Source: Azolla caroliniana
Lineage: Eukaryota; Plantae; Polypodiophyta
Length of the DNA: 64,000 nucleotides
NCBI GenBank assembly: GCA_043228905.1
Contig: JBHGNT010000014.1
Coordinates: forward strand, 7,254,001-7,318,000
Direction of reading: 5' to 3'
This document shows, one piece after another, positions 58,371 to 64,000 of this stretch. The notes under the pieces are model-generated. The model saw nothing but the letters and a program-made list of their open reading frames with translations. It had not been told where the DNA came from and did not search any database. Both the position numbers and the translations under genes were made by a program. The number at the start of each line of letters is the position of its first letter. Position 1 is the stretch's first letter.

Positions 58371-61300
58371 GCTATGTAGAGTTAGTTCCTAGTCATGGTT
58401 CCATTTCATCAAATCAAGTGAGTAGAGTTTTTTCAGCACAAGTCGAGCTTACCACATCTACATGTCATCGAGTCCTATCCTCTGCCCTCCTAGATTCTGG
58501 AGCCAACTCTTGTTTCATGGATCGTGAATTTGCCTTGTCACAAAACATCCTCTTGAATAAGCTTCCCAGCCTAGTAACCGTAGGAATCATTGATGGACGT
58601 CCCATAACATCAAGAGATATAGTCGAGGAGTCCGAGCCAATTAGGATTGTCCTTGGTGATTTGGCAAGCATAATCTCTTTCAACATTATTCGTAGTCCGG
58701 AACACCCAATAGTTCTAGGTCTCCCTTGGTTTGAACTCCATAACCCGAAGATTGATTGGATGAAAAGAACAATTGAGGAGACTCGGAAAAAAAGCACAAA
58801 TCCCGCATCCCTCTCTCCTACATGTGATAATAGATCCCCGGAGTTATCAACCATCTCTTTATGACAGTTGTGGGAGGAAGGGGGAAACGAGGCCATGTTC
58901 GTCTTCGCAATAGTAGCAACTCCATCATCCACTTCACGTGACGCTGACATTAAACTACCAGAGAAATACAAGGAGTTCTCAGATGTCTTTGATAAGGTGA
59001 AGGCCAATACATTGCCGGAACATCGGCCATACGACTGCCGTATTGACTTACAACCAGGGAAAGAACCTCCATGGGGCCCAATTTATAATCTCTCCCATGT
59101 AGAGCTAGAGACTTTGCGGGAATATATTGATGAGAATCTGGCAAACGGATTCATTCGGCATTCTAGATCCCCTGCTGGTGCACCTATCTTCTTCGTTAAG
59201 AAGAAGAATGAGACTCTTTGGTTGGTCGTGGATTATCGAGGGCTAAACAAAGGGACTATCCAGAATAGATATGCTCTATCGTTAATCCCGAATCTTTTGG
59301 AATGTCTCAGTGGTGCAAAATATTTGACGAAGTTGGACCTTCGTGTAGCATATAATCTAGTTCGGATTCGCCTAAGGGATGAATGGAAGACAACTTTTTG
59401 CACTTGCTATGGACATTTTGAGTATACTGTGATGCCCTTCGATCTCACGAATGCACCTACTGTTTTCCAACATATGGCGAATGATATTTTCTTGATATCT
59501 TCACTATAGTTTACCTAGATGATATTTTAATCTACTCGAAGACCCAAGAGGAGCATGAAGAACATCTTCGTCAGGTACTGCGTCGACTCCGAGAATATGG
59601 TCTCTACGCAAAATTAGAAAAGTGTAGTTTCGGCCAGAATCAAGTGGAATTTTTGGGGTATGTCGTATCATTAGATGGTATTGCTATGGACCCCATGAAG
59701 GTACAAACAATTTTAGAGTGGCAAACGCCCCTTTCAGTGCGTGATGTGCAATGTTTTCTCGGGTTTGCAAATTTTTATCGAAAATTTATTAAAGATTATT
59801 CCAAGGTGGTGCTTCCGCTTACTTAACTCCACATAAAAATCAGCCATTTATATGGAGTTTAGATGCAGTCGAGGCATTCAAAAGCTTAAAATGAGCATTT
59901 ACAATGACACCTATCTTAGCACATGTCGACCCAACAAAACGCTTCATCCTTGAAGCTGATGCATCCGATTTTGCACTAGGGAGGGTCCTCTCACAGACCG
60001 GAGATGATGGACAACTACACCCTGTCGCCTTTCATTCACGAAAGTTTGAAGCTACAGAGATCAACTACGAGATCCATGACAAAGAGCTTCTTGCAATTGT
60101 GGATTCGTTTCAACAATCACGACATTTTCTAGAAGTTTATTCTTAGCAGATCATTGTCTACAATGATCATAAGAACCTGACTTATTTCCAAAATGCCGAG
60201 TCTTGAGTCGGCAACAAGCCCGGTGGGCGCAATTTTTGACTCACTTTGACTTTATCATCATATATTGCCCTGGGATGTAGGAAGGCAAAGCAGTTGCTCT
60301 TTCTTGGCGCTCTTATATGGAACTTCGTCCAGGGGAACCTGCATTTGAGTATCAAAAACAAATCCTTTTGGGCCCTAATCGCTAACAATTAATGGTAGTT
60401 AATTCCATAAAAACTCTTGAAGATTCCACTCTTCTTTATTCCATTCGAGATAATATGGCCACTGATTATTTCGCCAAGGATGTTTTGGATCATATCATCC
60501 CGGATCGTGCTTCTTCCTCTCAGTCGAAAAATTCTCGTAATGACTATTGTCAGTTCTATTGGCATGGTAGTTTTCTGTTTCGACAAAACCTATTGTATGT
60601 TCCTGATGGTCCCCCACGACTACAAGTTTTACAACATTGCCATGACTCACCAATGGCTGGTTATTTTGGAGTTCGCAAGACTCTAGAATTAATTTCTCGA
60701 TGCTATTGGTGGCCTTGCCTTCGTCATTTTGTTGAGGAGTATGTTCGCAGTTGTGATTTATGTTGTCGATCAAAGAGTCCTCGTCACCAATCCGATGGCT
60801 TACTACAACCACTTCCCATTCCGAAAAATCCTTGGAAGTCTATATCCTTGGATTTCATTACTGATCTCCCAGTTTCAAAAGGTTTTGATGCAATTCTCAC
60901 AGTGGTTGATCGATTTACCAAAATGGCACATTTCTTGCCATGTACGAAGTCGATTACTAGTCAAGAGGCGACCGATCTCGTTATGCGGGAGGTATTTAAG
61001 CATCATGGTCTGCTGGATGATATTATTAGTGATCATGGTCCACAATTCATCTCAAAGTTTTGGAAGCACATGTTCAAACTTCTCCACATTTCGGTTAAGC
61101 TTTCTTCGGGCTATCATCCCGAAACAAATGGCCAAATTGAGCGTACCAACCAGATGGAGCAATATCTTCGTTGTTTCATCAACTATCAACAAGATGATTG
61201 GGTTGATTTTTTGCACTTGGCGGAATTCGCTTACAACAACTCAACCCATTCTTCTATAGGATATTCCCCATTTTTCGCAAATACGGGTTGTCATCCTCAG

Positions 61301-61682
61301 TGGACGATGAATGCGCATCTAGACGTTCCTACCAACCCTGCTGTCGAGGATCGTCTTAGTCGCCTCCAAGAAATTCACGCTACCATTCTCCACAATTTGC
61401 ACGATGCTGAAGTTACACACAAGAGGCGTGCCGATCGTCATCGTCTAGAATCCTCAAAAAAGTTCTGCGTTGGGGATCATGTATGGCTTCTCCAACACAA
61501 CATCAAGACCACTCGACCTTGCAGTAAATTGGACTACCAACGTTTTGGCCCTTACATGATCACTGTAAGATAAGTGATGTTGCATTTCATCTTGGCCTCC
61601 CTCCACACATGCATCTTCATCCAGTGTTTCATGTATCCCTTTTGGAACATTATACTACAAGTTCAATTCCAGGCCGTCTTAC
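58325..61682 (+). pseudogene. pol: pol of H (PR-RT-RH-IN), many stops and frameshifts
   Basis: [66 protein letters not shown]. Confidence 0.93.
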
Positions 61683-61730
61683 GACATATGGTTGACATAT
61701 GGTTGACATATGGTTGACATATGGTTGACA
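61683..61730. repeat. 11-bp tandem repeat (GACATATGGTT) x4.4
   Basis: Read directly from the sequence. Lies at the H truncation point. Confidence 0.95.
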
Positions 61731-61993
61731 AAGTCAAAGCCTTCTATAGTCTGGATTGTCACGACACTAGAGTTTTCTTCAAGCTTTCCCTCTCATTCTC
61801 TGTGCGTGTGTGTGTCTCTCTCTCCCCTCACGCTCAAACCCCCTTGGGATTGGCTCCAAAACCCACCCATTAACATGTGTGTCCATGTTACCTCTCGTCT
61901 GGAGGAACCCACTCTCGGTTACTTCTTCAAAGTAATTGGATCAAGGAAATTGTGGTAGGAAGGAGAAAGGGCTTCGGGTGGTCTCATCGACTG

Positions 61994-62554
61994 TGTACTT
62001 TGCTGAATGCGTGAGTCAAGGTGGTGACTCTAACCCAAGGGGATCCCAGATAACTCTCTTTGTGGACACCCGAGTTTGTTTAATCCACTCGATACTTGAG
62101 GATACAGACAACCCTTGAACTTCATAAAGAACAAAATAACAAATATCCTATCAAATCGGTTACAATCGATTATTGGCTCACAATTACACACAGAACGTAT
62201 ATTTAGATCACATGTTAGACACATAGGTTTACCCCACAAGAAAGAATAATCGATTATGAATACACACAGATAAAAGTATCGATAGACTGTCGGTATAACT
62301 CTCACTCCCCTTCTTTGTACACTTCTTGCCTAATATAATATTCTTGCTCCCCTACTCTTCCGATCACTTGGTATTATATAGGCTTTGCATGCTTCCTATT
62401 TTTTAGGAAGCATGGTGCGTTACAATCATTCCTCATTAAATACTCGACTCCCTTTATTTGGCTTTTTGTGCTTGCAACTCCCTGTCTCTTTTCACACCTT
62501 GTCCCACCGGCCAACATTGGGCATGCTTGTGGGATAGTGCCTTGCACGTCGAAC
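61994..62554 (-). mobile_element. Probable 3' LTR and pre-LTR motif of another E/G-lineage element (left boundary uncertain)
   Basis: Minus strand GTTCGACGTGCAAGGCACTATCCCACAAGCATGCCCAA followed by TGTTGGCCGG at 62516. Confidence 0.55.
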
Positions 62555-62801
62555 AAAAATAAAAAAGTAAAAATAAAAATCGAAAGAATAATCAAATTGG
62601 AAAAAATCATTGCCAAAATTGTTGCGAATTAATCGTCATAAAAAATATGCAAGATGCTTGGTGACTGCCACGATTCATCTACTTTGATGTCAAACTCGGT
62701 CGCATGTTCCTTGACTGGTTGATCATTCGTCATCAGTGGTTGATCGTCTGTAGTTGGCTACTCTATTGTCGTGGGTTTCACATCTCGCTACTGTTTGCTA
62801 T

Positions 62802-64000
62802 TGTTAGGAATTTGTCCCTCCTATGGGAGAAGTCGACAATTGAAGTCTATGAGACAAGTCAACACTCGAAACAGAGACAAGCCAAACACTTATGGTCGAT
62901 CGGATCAACTAGCGAGTGGACAAGGTGGTAGACAATTTTAGAGGAAATTGTAGTCTACTATATTGGGGATAATTGAAATCGAAGACACGGCTGATAAGTC
63001 GGGCCGCCTAGATAGTCAACGAAGGAGTCGGCTGGTCGAATCGTTTGAATCGTCAACTTGAGAGTCGGACAGTTGAGTCAATTAGTCGGCTGATTACGAC
63101 TATTATTATTATCTAATTTAATAAAAATAACATATCCCTGTCTATAAATAGGAAGAGCTAGGGAAAACTAGTTAGATGAACATAACGAAGTGTTGTATAG
63201 TGCTTTTGTACTAAGTGTAGCTGAGAGTAGGAAGAGGTGCGCAAGAGAGAGTGTGTGGCGGCACAATTCAGTATGACTTGCCAAGAACCCTAAGATGAAC
63301 ATAACGAAGTGTTGTATAGTGCTTTTGTACTAAGTGTAGCTGAGAGTAGGAAGAGGTGCGCAAGAGAGAGTGTGTGGCGGCACAATTCAGTATGACTTGC
63401 CAAGAACCCTAAGTGGGTATTCTCTGAGTTATAGAGAGAAGTAATGTGTTCTTTCCTTCTTGTACTCCTGTTCACATAGTAGAATATTTGTTCCCCGTGG
63501 TTTCCCCCCTGTTTAGGGTTTAGTGTATTGTGCATTCTTTGTGTTTTGGTGTTTTTTGTTTTCGCATTGTATACTTCAGTCTATTTTTCTCATAGATCTA
63601 CGGGCCACTTCCTCATCAAACTGGCATCAGAGTGTTGAGGTGCAAGAATGGAAGGAGGTATGATAGTCTTGAACTCACACAACTATGCAGATTGGAAGAT
63701 CGAGATGGAAAATCTTATGATAGTCAAAGATCTATACGAGCCCATAGATAGAGAAGAAATACCCATGGGGGTATTGGATTCTTAATGGAAACTCCTAAAC
63801 AGGAAGGCGTTGGCCACCATAAGACAGTGTGTGGACGTGAGCATCTTACAACATGTTGCAAACGACACAAATGCCTACGAAATGTGGCATAAACTGTCGA
63901 GAAAGATTGTAAGACTGAAGTATAGAGACGGTAAAAGCATAGTAGTACACATCAACACCTTTATGGGACTTGTAAATGAACTTATTGCAGCCAAGTTTCC
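62802..64000 (+). mobile_element. 5' end of a Tork/Tnt1-like Copia element (LTR about 62802-63618, PBS, gag), running out of the window
   Basis: TGTTAG...CATCA, PBS-like TGGCATCAGAG at 63622-63632, gag from 63648 (LNSHNYADWKIEMENL..WKLLNRKALATIRQCV) with a stop. Confidence 0.8.
63174..63411. repeat. 119-bp tandem duplication within the LTR
   Basis: 63174-63292 appears identical to 63293-63411. Confidence 0.95.

Larger units (their letters stand above)
56747..61682 (+). mobile_element. Tcn1-like chromovirus (Ty3/Gypsy) H, 3'-truncated
   Basis: LTR about 56747-57145 with TTCTAGA repeats, then gag and PR-RT-RH-IN. Breaks off after HPVFHVSLL. No chromodomain or 3' LTR visible. Confidence 0.9.

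Noticed and set aside
61757-61990. TGTCACGAC as the start of H's 3' LTR
   Set aside because: The following sequence does not match 56747-57145 and no PPT precedes it.

Overview
This is eukaryotic (land-plant, probably moss/bryophyte-like) DNA made almost entirely of nested retroelements. I found no clear host protein-coding gene, no CRISPR array, and no rRNA or intact tRNA gene. Structure resolved from LTR pairs, primer-binding sites (PBS), polypurine tracts (PPT) and target-site duplications (TSD): an LTR tail (1-936), then a decayed L1-type LINE hosting Copia element A (1068-7024) and minus-strand Copia B (8205-41827). B contains gag-only Gypsy C (8947-13815), Gypsy D (14937-32676) and Copia F (32955-38514). 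D in turn hosts Gypsy E (18341-28144). After these come a second LINE (about 42256-46968), a possible host promoter or spliced non-coding region (about 47000-49200), a deleted E-relative G (51381-54566), Copia remnants, a Tcn1-like chromovirus H (56747-61682) and the start of another Copia (62802-end). The most unusual signal is in the E/G Gypsy lineage. It has no PPT. Where the PPT should be, four separate copies carry a conserved mimic of a tRNA-Arg 3' half ending in CCA, which reads as an inverted second PBS and suggests non-canonical plus-strand priming. Other notable signals: a -1 frameshift/pseudoknot placed after the protease in D, a gag-only partner (C) sharing D's cis signals, tRNA-like A/B-box modules inside LTRs, and a doubled PPT with a PPT-in-loop hairpin in the Copia family. 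tRNA identities come from recalled plant tRNA sequences, and mismatch counts were made by eye.
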